From Candidatus Latescibacterota bacterium (GTDB lineage: Bacteria; Latescibacterota; UBA2968; GCA-2709665), in the NCBI GenBank assembly GCA_965208835.1, contig OZ242358.1, positions 3,840,001 to 3,904,000 on the forward strand: 64,000 nt of DNA, given 5' to 3'. Under the pieces are notes generated by a model. The model had not been told where the DNA came from. It did not search any database and saw nothing but the letters and a program-made list of their open reading frames with translations. Positions 18,664 to 27,810 of the stretch are shown one piece after another. Made by a program: the position numbers and the translations under genes. The first letter of the stretch is position 1. Each line of letters opens with the position of its first letter.

Positions 18664-20102
18664 ATCCCAGCAATCTGTTGTTCATCCTCTCCGACCAGCA
18701 CACGCGGGACATCACCGGCTGCTACGGCCACCCGGTTGTCAGGACACCGAACATCGACAGTCTCGCCCGGCGAGGCACCCGCTTTTCCAGCGCCTATACC
18801 AACTGCCCCATCTGCGTGCCGGCCCGCGCCTCTCTCGCCACCGGGCGATACGTCCATCAAACGGGCAACTGGGACAACGCGTTCGCCTACGATGGCAGCG
18901 TATCCAGTTGGGGCCACCTCCTCCGGGAGCAGGGATTTCAGGTCGCCTCGATCGGTAAACTGCACTTCCGCGCCGCAAAGGACGATAACGGCTTTTCACA
19001 GGAGATCGATCCGCTGCACGTCGTGGACGGCGTGGGCGACATATTGAGTTGCATCCGGGGTAACCCGCCGTTCCGCGACAAGCGTTCCGCTATCCTCTGC
19101 GCGGGCCCCGGAGACTCGACCTATCTGCAGTACGACGTTTCGAACGCCGACCGCGCGTGCGCATGGCTGGCAGAGCATCGTGACGACGAGAAGCCATGGG
19201 TGTTATTCCTGTCGTTCGTCTGCCCGCATCCGCCCTACATCGCGCCGCCGGGACTCTTTGAATCCTACCCGCCGGAATCCCTCCCCCTGCCCGCCCAGCG
19301 GCATTCGGACGACTGGCCAGATCATCCCGCCATACGGCGGTTCCGCCGGTTTTTCCACTACGACCGTGGCTTTGCCGAAAGCGAACTGCGAAACGTCACG
19401 GCGGCCTATTACGGGGCCTGTACGCATCTGGACCGACAGATCGGCCGCGTCCTGAACGCGCTCGCGGACAACAATCTGTTAGACACCACACGGGTCCTCT
19501 ACACGTCGGACCATGGCGAATCCCTTGGTGCGCGCGGACTCTTCGGGAAATTCACGATGTACGAGGAAGCCGCTTCCGTCCCGCTCATTCTGGCCGGGCC
19601 CGACGTTCCGCAGGGCCGGGCAGCCCATACGCCCGTTTCTCTGGTCGACTGCTTTCCCACGGTGCTGGAATGCGCTGGCGCTACGAGGGAAGGCACGCAC
19701 CTCCCCGGACGTTCTCTATGGCAGATCGCCAGGAATGCCGACGAGAATCGGACCGTTTTCAGCGAATACCACGCGGTCGGTTCCCGCAATGCCGCGTACA
19801 TGCTCCGTGACCGAACGTGGAAGTACATTTACTACGTGGACGAGCCGCCGCAACTCTTCAATCTCGAAAACGATCCGACTGAAACAACGGATCTCTCTGG
19901 TCTTCCGGACCATCAGTCCACACTGGCGGCGTTCGAGCGGCGGCTGCGCGACATTCTGGATCCCGAAGCCACGGATGCGCGCGCCAAAGCGGACCAACTG
20001 GCGAAAATCGCGTCTTTCGGCGGCGAAGAAGCCGTTCGGAACAGGGGCGCCTTCGACAACTCTCCGGTTCCCGGCGAGACGCCGGCATTCCGGGTCCATT
20101 GA
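18660..20102 (+). CDS. Sulfatase (choline-sulfatase-like, FGly type)
   Basis: NLLFILSDQH, CVPARASLATG, GKLH, PHPP, TSDHGE. Confidence 0.93.
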   Translation: MNPSNLLFILSDQHTRDITGCYGHPVVRTPNIDSLARRGTRFSSAYTNCPICVPARASLATGRYVHQTGNWDNAFAYDGSVSSWGHLLREQGFQVASIGKLHFRAAKDDNGFSQEIDPLHVVDGVGDILSCIRGNPPFRDKRSAILCAGPGDSTYLQYDVSNADRACAWLAEHRDDEKPWVLFLSFVCPHPPYIAPPGLFESYPPESLPLPAQRHSDDWPDHPAIRRFRRFFHYDRGFAESELRNVTAAYYGACTHLDRQIGRVLNALADNNLLDTTRVLYTSDHGESLGARGLFGKFTMYEEAASVPLILAGPDVPQGRAAHTPVSLVDCFPTVLECAGATREGTHLPGRSLWQIARNADENRTVFSEYHAVGSRNAAYMLRDRTWKYIYYVDEPPQLFNLENDPTETTDLSGLPDHQSTLAAFERRLRDILDPEATDARAKADQLAKIASFGGEEAVRNRGAFDNSPVPGETPAFRVH

Positions 20103-20167
20103 ATTTCTTCACAATACGATCCTGGTCTCGTCATTCAACTCCGAATACACCAATGGGAGCCTGTACC

Positions 20168-20911
20168 GTGACCGACGAAGAAAAATTCAGCTTCGACCTG
20201 GAGGGCTACCTGGTTGTAAAGGACGTACTCACGCAGGACGAAATGAAGCCATTGAACGCCGTTGCGGACAGGTTCGCTTCCGAAAACGGCGACCCGGGCA
20301 CGAGCACAATCAGCCGCGTCTCTCAATGGAGCCCCGGATTTCAAGCACTGATGGACCACCATAAGATCGTGCCGTACCTGGTCGAATTGCTGGGCCCGAA
20401 GTTCCGCATAGACCATGACTACTGCATCTTCATGAAAAAGGGAGCCGAGCGCGGCGGCCTGCACGGCGGTGAGACGGACACCGAGGCGGACCACTGGTAC
20501 AATTACCGCGACGGCGTGATGCGCAACGGGTTAACCGTGGTCACCTACTTTCTCTCTCCCGCACGGGCAGGAGACGGCGGGTTTGCCTGCATCCCCGGAA
20601 GCCACAAATCCAACTTCATCGACCGCCTTCCCCGGGACGTACGGAAATTCGAGCGTGACGCGCATTACGTGGTACAGCCCGAAGCGGACGCCGGCGACGC
20701 GCTCATCTTCACGGAGGCCCTTATCCACGGGACGAAGCCATGGTCGGCCGATCACGATCGCAGGGCCCTGCTATACAAATACAGCCCCGGACACTCCGCC
20801 TGGTCCCAGGGATACTACGACCCCGGTGAATACGCCGGCCTCACAGATCAGCAGCGGCGACTCATGGCGCCTCCGTCGGTCGGGCGACGACCGGATACCG
20901 TTGAGACGTGA
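20168..20911 (+). CDS. PhyH-like Fe/2OG dioxygenase
   Basis: FDLEGYLV, LHGG, IPGSHKSNF, FTEALIHGT, RRALLYKY; start uncertain. Confidence 0.88.
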   Translation: MTDEEKFSFDLEGYLVVKDVLTQDEMKPLNAVADRFASENGDPGTSTISRVSQWSPGFQALMDHHKIVPYLVELLGPKFRIDHDYCIFMKKGAERGGLHGGETDTEADHWYNYRDGVMRNGLTVVTYFLSPARAGDGGFACIPGSHKSNFIDRLPRDVRKFERDAHYVVQPEADAGDALIFTEALIHGTKPWSADHDRRALLYKYSPGHSAWSQGYYDPGEYAGLTDQQRRLMAPPSVGRRPDTVET

Positions 20912-21016
20912 GACAGCTTTCACGACACATCATTGGCAAACTGCCCCGACGGACGACAATTCCAGGTCCATCCGTTCCCGCGTCCTGAGAACACGTTACC
21001 AGCAGGAGATTCAACA

Positions 21017-22477
21017 ATGCCCGCCCACGAACCCTGTCCGCTGTTTATCAACGGAGAATGGGTCGAATCCGACCGCACCGTGACCGAACCGGTGTACAAC
21101 CCTTCGGAAGGGATACAGATCTCCGCAACGCCGATGTGCGGCGCCGATGAGGTTGACCGAGCCGTCAGAGCCGCGGGCGCAGCCTTCCCGGACTGGGCCG
21201 AAACCCCGGCAGTCGACCGCGCCCGGCTCATGTTCCGCTTCAAGGAACTCCTTGAAAAACACTTCGAAGACCTCTCCCGGATCGTCACCCGCGAACACGG
21301 AAAAACCCTCGACGAATCCAGGGGCTCCGTCCGGCGCGGTATCGAAGTCGTGGAATTCGCATGCGGGGCACCCTCACTGCTGATGGGCGAGGCCCTGGAA
21401 AACATCGCGACAGATATCGACTGCGACACGATCCGGCAGCCCCTGGGCGTGTGCGCGGCCATCACACCGTTCAACTTTCCCGTCATGGTGCCCCTCTGGA
21501 CCCTGCCTGTCGCCCTCGCCTGCGGGAATACCTTCGTTCTCAAACCCTCCGAAAAGGTCCCGCTCAGCGCCATCCGCATGGTGGAGCTCCTGGCGGAGGC
21601 CGGACTCCCCCGAGGGGTCCTGAACCTCGTGCATGGCGGCCGTGACGCCGTGGACGCGTTGCTGCATCATCCGGACGTACGAACCGTGTCCTTCGTCGGT
21701 TCCACGCCCGTCGCACGGTACATTTACGAGACTGCGACGCGCAACGGCAAGCGGGTGCAGTCTGCGGGGGGCGCCAAGAACTTTATGATCGTCCTTCCCG
21801 ACGCCGACCCGGACGCCACGATCGATGCGGTTATGGGTTCCGCGTTCGGCTGCGCCGGTGAGCGGTGCATGGCCGGCAGTGTTCTCGTGTGCGCTCACGA
21901 CGCCGCCGAACGGTTTCTCCCGCGCCTCAGCGACGCCGCGCACGGTTTGCGCGTCGGTCCCACGGACCGGGATGCGGATGCGGAGATGGGTCCTCTCGTT
22001 ACCCCCGATCATCTCGAAAAAGTGAGGAGCTCCATCAACACCGGGCTTTCCGAGGGCGCCGAGCTGGCCGTGGACGGACGCGACGTGGTTGTGGATGTCT
22101 GCCCCAACGGCTTTTACCTGGGGCCGACCCTATTCGACCGGGTAGAGCCCGGAATGCGGATCGCCCGCGAGGAGATCTTCGGGCCGGTCCTGTCGGTGAT
22201 GCACACGGATGACCTGGATGGCGCCATCGAGACCTGCAACAACAGCGGTTATGGCAACGCCGCCGTCCTCTTTACCGAAAGCGGAGGCGCCGCGCGCAAG
22301 TTCCGCCACCGCATCAACGCCGGCATGGTGGGCATCAACACCGGCGTTCCTGCGCCTATGGCATTCTTTCCATTCTCCGGCTGGAACAACTCCTTCTTCG
22401 GCGACCTGCATGTTCAGGGCCATGAAGGGGTCTCCTTCTTTACACGTCAGAAGGTGACGATCAGCCGCTGGGGATGA
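21017..22477 (+). CDS. mmsA: CoA-acylating methylmalonate-semialdehyde dehydrogenase
   Basis: ITPFNFP, KPSE, SFVGST, GGAKN, AFGCAGERCMA, EEIFGP, FFGDLH. Confidence 0.92.
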   Translation: MPAHEPCPLFINGEWVESDRTVTEPVYNPSEGIQISATPMCGADEVDRAVRAAGAAFPDWAETPAVDRARLMFRFKELLEKHFEDLSRIVTREHGKTLDESRGSVRRGIEVVEFACGAPSLLMGEALENIATDIDCDTIRQPLGVCAAITPFNFPVMVPLWTLPVALACGNTFVLKPSEKVPLSAIRMVELLAEAGLPRGVLNLVHGGRDAVDALLHHPDVRTVSFVGSTPVARYIYETATRNGKRVQSAGGAKNFMIVLPDADPDATIDAVMGSAFGCAGERCMAGSVLVCAHDAAERFLPRLSDAAHGLRVGPTDRDADAEMGPLVTPDHLEKVRSSINTGLSEGAELAVDGRDVVVDVCPNGFYLGPTLFDRVEPGMRIAREEIFGPVLSVMHTDDLDGAIETCNNSGYGNAAVLFTESGGAARKFRHRINAGMVGINTGVPAPMAFFPFSGWNNSFFGDLHVQGHEGVSFFTRQKVTISRWG

Positions 22478-22480
22478 GCT

Positions 22481-23569
22481 TTGAACAAACGCCTCCGGAA
22501 AATCTTCCACGACGTCCTTTCTCTGCCCACGGCGCCCTTTTATGAAGACGCCGTTGCGGCATTCATCCGGAAATTTGCCGGGCGGCGCGGAATTCCGGCA
22601 GAAGCAGACCGGTACGGCAACATCGTCCTTAGATACACGAAGGGGGACCGGGCGGAATCCGTAGCCCTGGCCGCACACATGGACCACCCGGGCTTCGAAA
22701 TCCTCGAAGCCGACGGACGGGACCTCTCGGCGCGCTGGCTGGGGGCATGCGACGAACGCCACTTCCCCGGCGGCCGACTCACGATCGTCTCGAAAGGGAA
22801 CGAGATACGCGGCCGGGCCACGTCGGCGCTGGACGACGACAAGACCTTCACCGTCCGTGCCGCGAGTCCGCTCCCGAGTCCTGAAAACGCGTTCGGTTAC
22901 TGGGGCCTCAGGCCGGTCGCGTTCGACGGCGATCTCATCCGGACGAAGGGCGCGGACAATCTGGCAGGCTGCGCGGCGATCCTGGCCGTCATGGACCGGC
23001 TGCATCGCGAGAAGGCAGACGCCGACCTGTTGGGCGTATTCACACGCGCCGAAGAGGTGGGTCTGCTCGGCGCCGGCGGAGTTGTACGCGCACGAACCGT
23101 CCCCAGGCGGGTGCCCATTGTCGTACTCGAGACCAGCAAAGCCCTTCCCGGCGCCGAAATCGGAGGTGGACCCGTCATCCGCGTGGGCGATTCCATGAGC
23201 GTCTTCGATCCGCGCGTTGAGTACGCCATACACAGCACCGCGCGTGACCTCGCCGGGAAAAAACGCAAGTTCGGATTTCAGCGCCAGTTGATGAGCGGCG
23301 GCGTCTGCGAAGCCACCCTGTACATCCTGCATAACATGGTCGTTGGAGCCCTGGCATTTCCCCTGGGCAATTACCACAATCTGGGCAAACGCTGGCCCGC
23401 GGAAGAGATCATCTCCGCGTCCGATGCCGCGAACATGGTCGACCTTTGCTTCGCGCTGGCCATCAACCCGCCCGTTGGCGAAACCCGAGGTCCTATGAAG
23501 AGACGCTTTTCCGCATCCTTCAAATCCAGGGAAGAACGCCTGCTGGTGTCCTGTCCCGAAAATATCTAA
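22481..23569 (+). CDS. M20/M42-type metallopeptidase/hydrolase
   Basis: AHMDH, ADNLAG, AEEVGLLG, GGVCE, NYHN. Confidence 0.82.
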   Translation: MNKRLRKIFHDVLSLPTAPFYEDAVAAFIRKFAGRRGIPAEADRYGNIVLRYTKGDRAESVALAAHMDHPGFEILEADGRDLSARWLGACDERHFPGGRLTIVSKGNEIRGRATSALDDDKTFTVRAASPLPSPENAFGYWGLRPVAFDGDLIRTKGADNLAGCAAILAVMDRLHREKADADLLGVFTRAEEVGLLGAGGVVRARTVPRRVPIVVLETSKALPGAEIGGGPVIRVGDSMSVFDPRVEYAIHSTARDLAGKKRKFGFQRQLMSGGVCEATLYILHNMVVGALAFPLGNYHNLGKRWPAEEIISASDAANMVDLCFALAINPPVGETRGPMKRRFSASFKSREERLLVSCPENI

Positions 23570-23599
23570 CCATTCGGCCGGTCGCGGTCCTTCGAATCC

Positions 23600-24865
23600 A
23601 TGCAATCCTACCTGCAAACCCTGCGCCTCTTCAACCGTGACGTCCGGCTGTATCTCGCCGCAACGATCCTCTTCGGCTTCAGCCTGTTCGGCGGCATTTC
23701 GTCCCTGTTGCTCAACCTTTACCTGCTCCGTCTTGGTTACGGACCCACGTTTGTCGGGTGGGTAAACGCCACAGGCGCGTTTTCCTTTGCGGTCTGCAGT
23801 CTTCCGGCAGGATTCATGGGGGCCCGATGGGATCCGCGTCGGGTTATGATCGCGGGTATAGGTATCGCCATCATCGGCAACGGTCTTCTCTCCCAGGCCG
23901 CGCTCGTCGCCCCCGGCAACAGAGAACTGTTCATCATAGCCACCAACGCGCTCGGACTGCTGGGTGTGGCCCTCTACATCGTCAACGGCGCCCCGTACCT
24001 GATGGGAGTTACAGGCGCGCGCGAACGCAACCACGTTTTCTCCATGCAGGCCGCCCTCTTTCCGCTGGCCGGTTTCTTCGGAAGCTTCGTAGGCGGCATT
24101 CTACCCGGCCGGATCGCCTGGCTGATGAATGTCGCCCCAAACCACCCGACGCCCTTCCGCTACACACTGCTGGCCGCGTCCGCGCTGCTCATTCCGGCTC
24201 TTTTCCTTCTCATCTCCATGCAGAGGCCTCAGGTCCGTCAACCACGTGAGAGCGTGGAAGAATCCGATGCGCCGTTCCCGGTGGGACTGATTGCGCTGAT
24301 CGGGGTGGTCTCCCTCCTGCACGTTGCCGGCGAGGGCGCCGTTCGTACCTTTTTCAACGTCTACATGGATGCCGGCCTTCAGATACCCACCTCTCTCATC
24401 GGCACGCTGATGGCCACGGGACAGCTTCTGGCGGCGCCCGTCGCCCTGACGTTGCCGTTTTTCACCGGACGTTTGGGCAATCATCCCACGGTCGTGTTGA
24501 GTGCCGTCTGTACGCCCCTGATGCTGATACCCATGGCCCTTCTTCCGCACTGGATTCCCGCCGGCTTCTGCTTTATGAACATCGTGGCTCTGGCCGCCAT
24601 CCGCCGCCCCGCCTTCGTTATCTACAATCAGGAAATCGTGCCCCCGCGATGGCGCGCGACGATGTCAGGCGCTTCGTCCATGATGGCGGGCATCGGCTAT
24701 TCCGTGATCGCGATGGGCGGCGGTTACATCATCTCCACCGCCGGATACCCCGCCCTCTTTTTGACAAGCGCCGCGTTTACCGCGCTCGGCACCCTGATTT
24801 TCTGGGCTTATTTCCGCACCCCGCGCGGCGAGTTTGCCCGACCGACATCAATGAACCCGTCCTGA
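23600..24865 (+). CDS. MFS transporter
   Basis: About 12 TM segments; NLYLLRLGYG, PAGFMGARWDPRR. Confidence 0.88.
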   Translation: MQSYLQTLRLFNRDVRLYLAATILFGFSLFGGISSLLLNLYLLRLGYGPTFVGWVNATGAFSFAVCSLPAGFMGARWDPRRVMIAGIGIAIIGNGLLSQAALVAPGNRELFIIATNALGLLGVALYIVNGAPYLMGVTGARERNHVFSMQAALFPLAGFFGSFVGGILPGRIAWLMNVAPNHPTPFRYTLLAASALLIPALFLLISMQRPQVRQPRESVEESDAPFPVGLIALIGVVSLLHVAGEGAVRTFFNVYMDAGLQIPTSLIGTLMATGQLLAAPVALTLPFFTGRLGNHPTVVLSAVCTPLMLIPMALLPHWIPAGFCFMNIVALAAIRRPAFVIYNQEIVPPRWRATMSGASSMMAGIGYSVIAMGGGYIISTAGYPALFLTSAAFTALGTLIFWAYFRTPRGEFARPTSMNPS

Positions 24866-24877
24866 AGGAGATCAGCC

Positions 24878-25771
24878 ATGGAATATCGAACCCTCGGAAA
24901 AACCGGACTGCGCGTATCGGAAGTCGGCTATGGCGCGGCCCAGATCGGCAATATCAATATGCCCGAAGACCGCGTCGAGGAGGTTCTCAACGCCGTTCTG
25001 GACGCCGGCATCAATTTCATCGATACGGCCGCCATGTACGGACAGAGCGAAACCCGTATCGGCAAGTTCATCTCCCGCAGACGGGACGAATTCATCCTGG
25101 CCACGAAATGCGGCGACTACGTGGGGGAAACCGACGGTCAATACCACATCGTGAGGGACTACAGCCGGGACGGTATTCTGCGGACGATTGACCAGAGTCG
25201 CAAGAAGCTGAATATGGACGTGATCGATATCGTCCAGTTTCACGGGCTGCCGGACCCGGACGACGACGACGAGGTGGCCTTCGAGGCGCTGCTCGACGCC
25301 AGGGAAAGGGGCTGGACGCGGTTTGTGGGGGTTTCGGCGGACGGAAACGCGGCCGCGGCGGCAGCCCTGCGGTGGCCCCTCGACACGCAGGAATTCACCT
25401 ACAACATCCTCTATCAGGAATCCGCCGACAATCTCATGCCCGCCTTGAAGTCACAGGGGATGGGTACCATCATCAAGCGCCCCATTTCCAATGCCGTATG
25501 GCAGCAGAAGGAACGTCCCGAAGGCGACTACATGGGTGGTCCCTGGGACCGGGCGCAGTCCATCCCGCTGGCCGAACTGGCAGGAGAGATGCCCATTCTC
25601 GAATTCGTACTGCGCTTCACGCTCTCACACCCGGACGTTTGCACCGCCATCATCGGCTCTACCAATCCCGATCACATCCGCGCCAACGTCGGGATCGCAG
25701 ACGGAGTGTCGCTTTCGGACGACGTCGTACGGAGAGCCAGAGCGGCGTTCAGGGAGCGATTCAGCGGTTAA
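24878..25771 (+). CDS. Aldo/keto reductase
   Basis: RTLGKTGLRVS, GINFIDTAAMYG, ATKCG, IIGSTN. Confidence 0.93.
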   Translation: MEYRTLGKTGLRVSEVGYGAAQIGNINMPEDRVEEVLNAVLDAGINFIDTAAMYGQSETRIGKFISRRRDEFILATKCGDYVGETDGQYHIVRDYSRDGILRTIDQSRKKLNMDVIDIVQFHGLPDPDDDDEVAFEALLDARERGWTRFVGVSADGNAAAAAALRWPLDTQEFTYNILYQESADNLMPALKSQGMGTIIKRPISNAVWQQKERPEGDYMGGPWDRAQSIPLAELAGEMPILEFVLRFTLSHPDVCTAIIGSTNPDHIRANVGIADGVSLSDDVVRRARAAFRERFSG

Positions 25772-25803
25772 TTCTGAATGTGGATGTCAGAGATTGGAAC
25801 TGG

Positions 25804-25836
25804 ACGCCCGGTATTGCAATACCGGGCGTTTTTCTT
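25804..25836 (+). terminator. Rho-independent terminator
   Basis: Perfect 26-bp palindrome ACGCCCGGTATTGCAATACCGGGCGT followed by TTTTCTT. Confidence 0.85.
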
Positions 25837-25902
25837 AATAACTGTTTTATTTAATGTTAAGGCACATTTCTACCATAAATCCCGAATTTTTTCAGATTTT
25901 GG

Positions 25903-25962
25903 TTGACAGAAATGCGACATATTCGTATTATAGGCCACGCGATAGTTTTATCTATAAAACAA
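25903..25962 (+). promoter_or_regulatory. sigma70 promoter P1 plus operator copy 1
   Basis: TTGACA(25903)-17 nt-TATTAT(25926); CACGCGATAGTTTTATCTATAAAACAA at 25936-25962. Confidence 0.8.
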
Positions 25963-26215
25963 TCATTATATATTCATTATTTTCGCACTGCATGCAATAC
26001 AATTGATGCCTGAATCGCGTTCGCTTGTCTCTTCCGAAATCGAGGGACCGATCGTGCAGACAGGAAGAGGCCGGACTCGAGACATTGCTGCTGGCTTCGA
26101 TGAATCCGAGACGCCAGGTGTTCTAATCGTTCAGACTGCGACTGTGGGAGCAACCCGCCAGTCGCTACCTCCGGACTGCGGCGTTTTCCGTTTTTTCGAA
26201 AGTGAGGGATACCAC

Positions 26216-26611
26216 GTGGAAAGATCCCATATTCTCGCACACGACGCCGGAAACCGGCAGCCCATATGCGTTTATCGCTGCGACAAGGGCGGCGTGCACG
26301 TCTTCTATGGTTATGTAAACGTCGGTATGCCGCCCGAGCACTTCCGGCGGTTCACGCAAGCGGTTCTCGATGTCCTGAAACGCATTACGGAGGGCGATTG
26401 GGACGGCTATGTGACCCTTCACTACGGATCGACTTCTCTCGTTCTGGCTCAAGAGGATTTCGTACCGTTTGCCGGGACGATACGTGAAGCTGCTCAAGCC
26501 CTTGAGGTCTGCGAGGCAAACCAGGTGAACGGGCAATGCGGACCCGAGGTCCTGCCAGACAACGTCCACGATTTTATCTTTCAATCATACGATCGGAGTC
26601 GTCTGAATTGA
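26216..26611 (+). CDS. Hypothetical protein with internal duplicated ~35-aa module
   Basis: GAGGGA RBS before GTG 26216 (frame is open from 26003); two modules GGVHVFYG..EHFRRF and GYVTLHYG..EDFVPF. Confidence 0.65.
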   Translation: MERSHILAHDAGNRQPICVYRCDKGGVHVFYGYVNVGMPPEHFRRFTQAVLDVLKRITEGDWDGYVTLHYGSTSLVLAQEDFVPFAGTIREAAQALEVCEANQVNGQCGPEVLPDNVHDFIFQSYDRSRLN

Positions 26612-26703
26612 ACTGGTAAAAGGCTGTCGACATCGTATGGGGGAGAGACGGATCCGCATCGGATTGACGTGATACGCTTCGCTGGATGTCCGAGAGATTT
26701 TAA

Positions 26704-26763
26704 TTGACATATCTGCCATCGAAGTGTATTATTTTTCATGCGATAATTTTATATATAAAACAA
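26704..26763 (+). promoter_or_regulatory. sigma70 promoter P2 plus operator copy 2 (heme operon)
   Basis: TTGACA(26704)-17 nt-TATTAT(26727); CATGCGATAATTTTATATATAAAACAA at 26737-26763. Confidence 0.8.
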
Positions 26764-26915
26764 ACGCAGGTTCTACAAAACGATCGACGAATATGCAAAA
26801 CGGTCGCCTTGTATAAAGATCCACATCCAGACCAATGCTGATTCTCAACTGTGGAATCGGCAAACCACGTGGTTTGTACAGTTCCCATTAGCGCGCCGTT
26901 GTGCAGGAAATACCA

Positions 26916-27809
26916 ATGGTCGGACGCAGTCTTATCGTTCTGGTGTGGCTCATCCTCAGCGTGGCCCCGGTCACGCGGGCCGGCAATGTGGACGGCGAAG
27001 GCAGTCGCTCCACTGCCTCGCGCGTCGTATCTGTCGGCGGTTCGCTGACTGAAATCGTCTATGCCCTGGAGGCGACGGACGGATTGGTGGGAACCGATAC
27101 GTCCAGCGGGTACCCGGAAGCGGCTACCCGGCTGCCACAGGTGGGTTATCAGCGGCGGCTCTCCGCCGAGGGAGTGCTGTCACTCAACCCGACGCTGGTG
27201 TTGGCGACCGCCGACGCCGGCCCACCCGCGGCGATCGTGCAGATCAGGTCGGCCGGAGTGCCGGTCATGGTGGTGCCGAACGCACGAACCACCGATGGCG
27301 TCAAAGAGAAGATCCGTACAATCGCCAGGGCGCTGGACCGCGAGGAAAAAGGAGAGGAACTGGCGAGGAATCTCGAAGCGGACCTGCTGCTGGCGCGGGA
27401 GTTTGTCGCCACAGCGGAGGAAAAACCAAGAGTGCTCTTTATATACGCGAGGGGTCAGGGCACGATGATGGTATCGGGATCCGGTACGTCGGCACACACG
27501 ATGATCCAACTTGCGGGGGCGGTAAATGCCGTATCAGGATATGAGAATTACAAGCCGCTGACCGCTGAGGCGTTGGTGGCTGCTTCGCCCGACGTGATTC
27601 TCATGCTTACGTCGGGACTCGAAAGCCTCGGCGGCGTGGACGGCCTTCTCAAAACGCCGGGGCTCGTGCTCACACCGGCCGGACAAAATCGCCGGATCGT
27701 GGCCATGGACGGGCTTTATCTGCTTGGATTCGGCCCGCGTACGGGAAAGGCTGTGCTGGAACTGGCACGGAAATTCCATTCGGAGACAGGTGTTTCCGAG
27801 GATCAATAA
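26916..27809 (+). CDS. hmuT: Heme ABC transporter periplasmic binding protein
   Basis: Signal peptide; VSVGGSLTEIVYAL, VGYQRRLSAEGVLSL (heme Tyr), YKPLTAE, LLGFGPR. Confidence 0.92.
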   Translation: MVGRSLIVLVWLILSVAPVTRAGNVDGEGSRSTASRVVSVGGSLTEIVYALEATDGLVGTDTSSGYPEAATRLPQVGYQRRLSAEGVLSLNPTLVLATADAGPPAAIVQIRSAGVPVMVVPNARTTDGVKEKIRTIARALDREEKGEELARNLEADLLLAREFVATAEEKPRVLFIYARGQGTMMVSGSGTSAHTMIQLAGAVNAVSGYENYKPLTAEALVAASPDVILMLTSGLESLGGVDGLLKTPGLVLTPAGQNRRIVAMDGLYLLGFGPRTGKAVLELARKFHSETGVSEDQ

Positions 27810-27810
27810 A

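Noticed and set aside
22130-24034. Long antisense ORFs (also 7650-8855, 8669-9892, 11481-13016, 44371-45765, 48915-49985)
   Set aside because: Shadow frames of well-supported genes in GC-rich DNA, with no motifs
25772-26003. attL-like copy of the tRNA-Pro 3' end
   Set aside because: No TGGTCGGGGAGGCGGG-like repeat found by eye
26764-26915. Cobalamin riboswitch or canonical Fur box before the ABC/TonB operon
   Set aside because: No B12-box elements seen; AATGCTGATTCTCAA is only a partial Fur-like match, and the genes are heme-type
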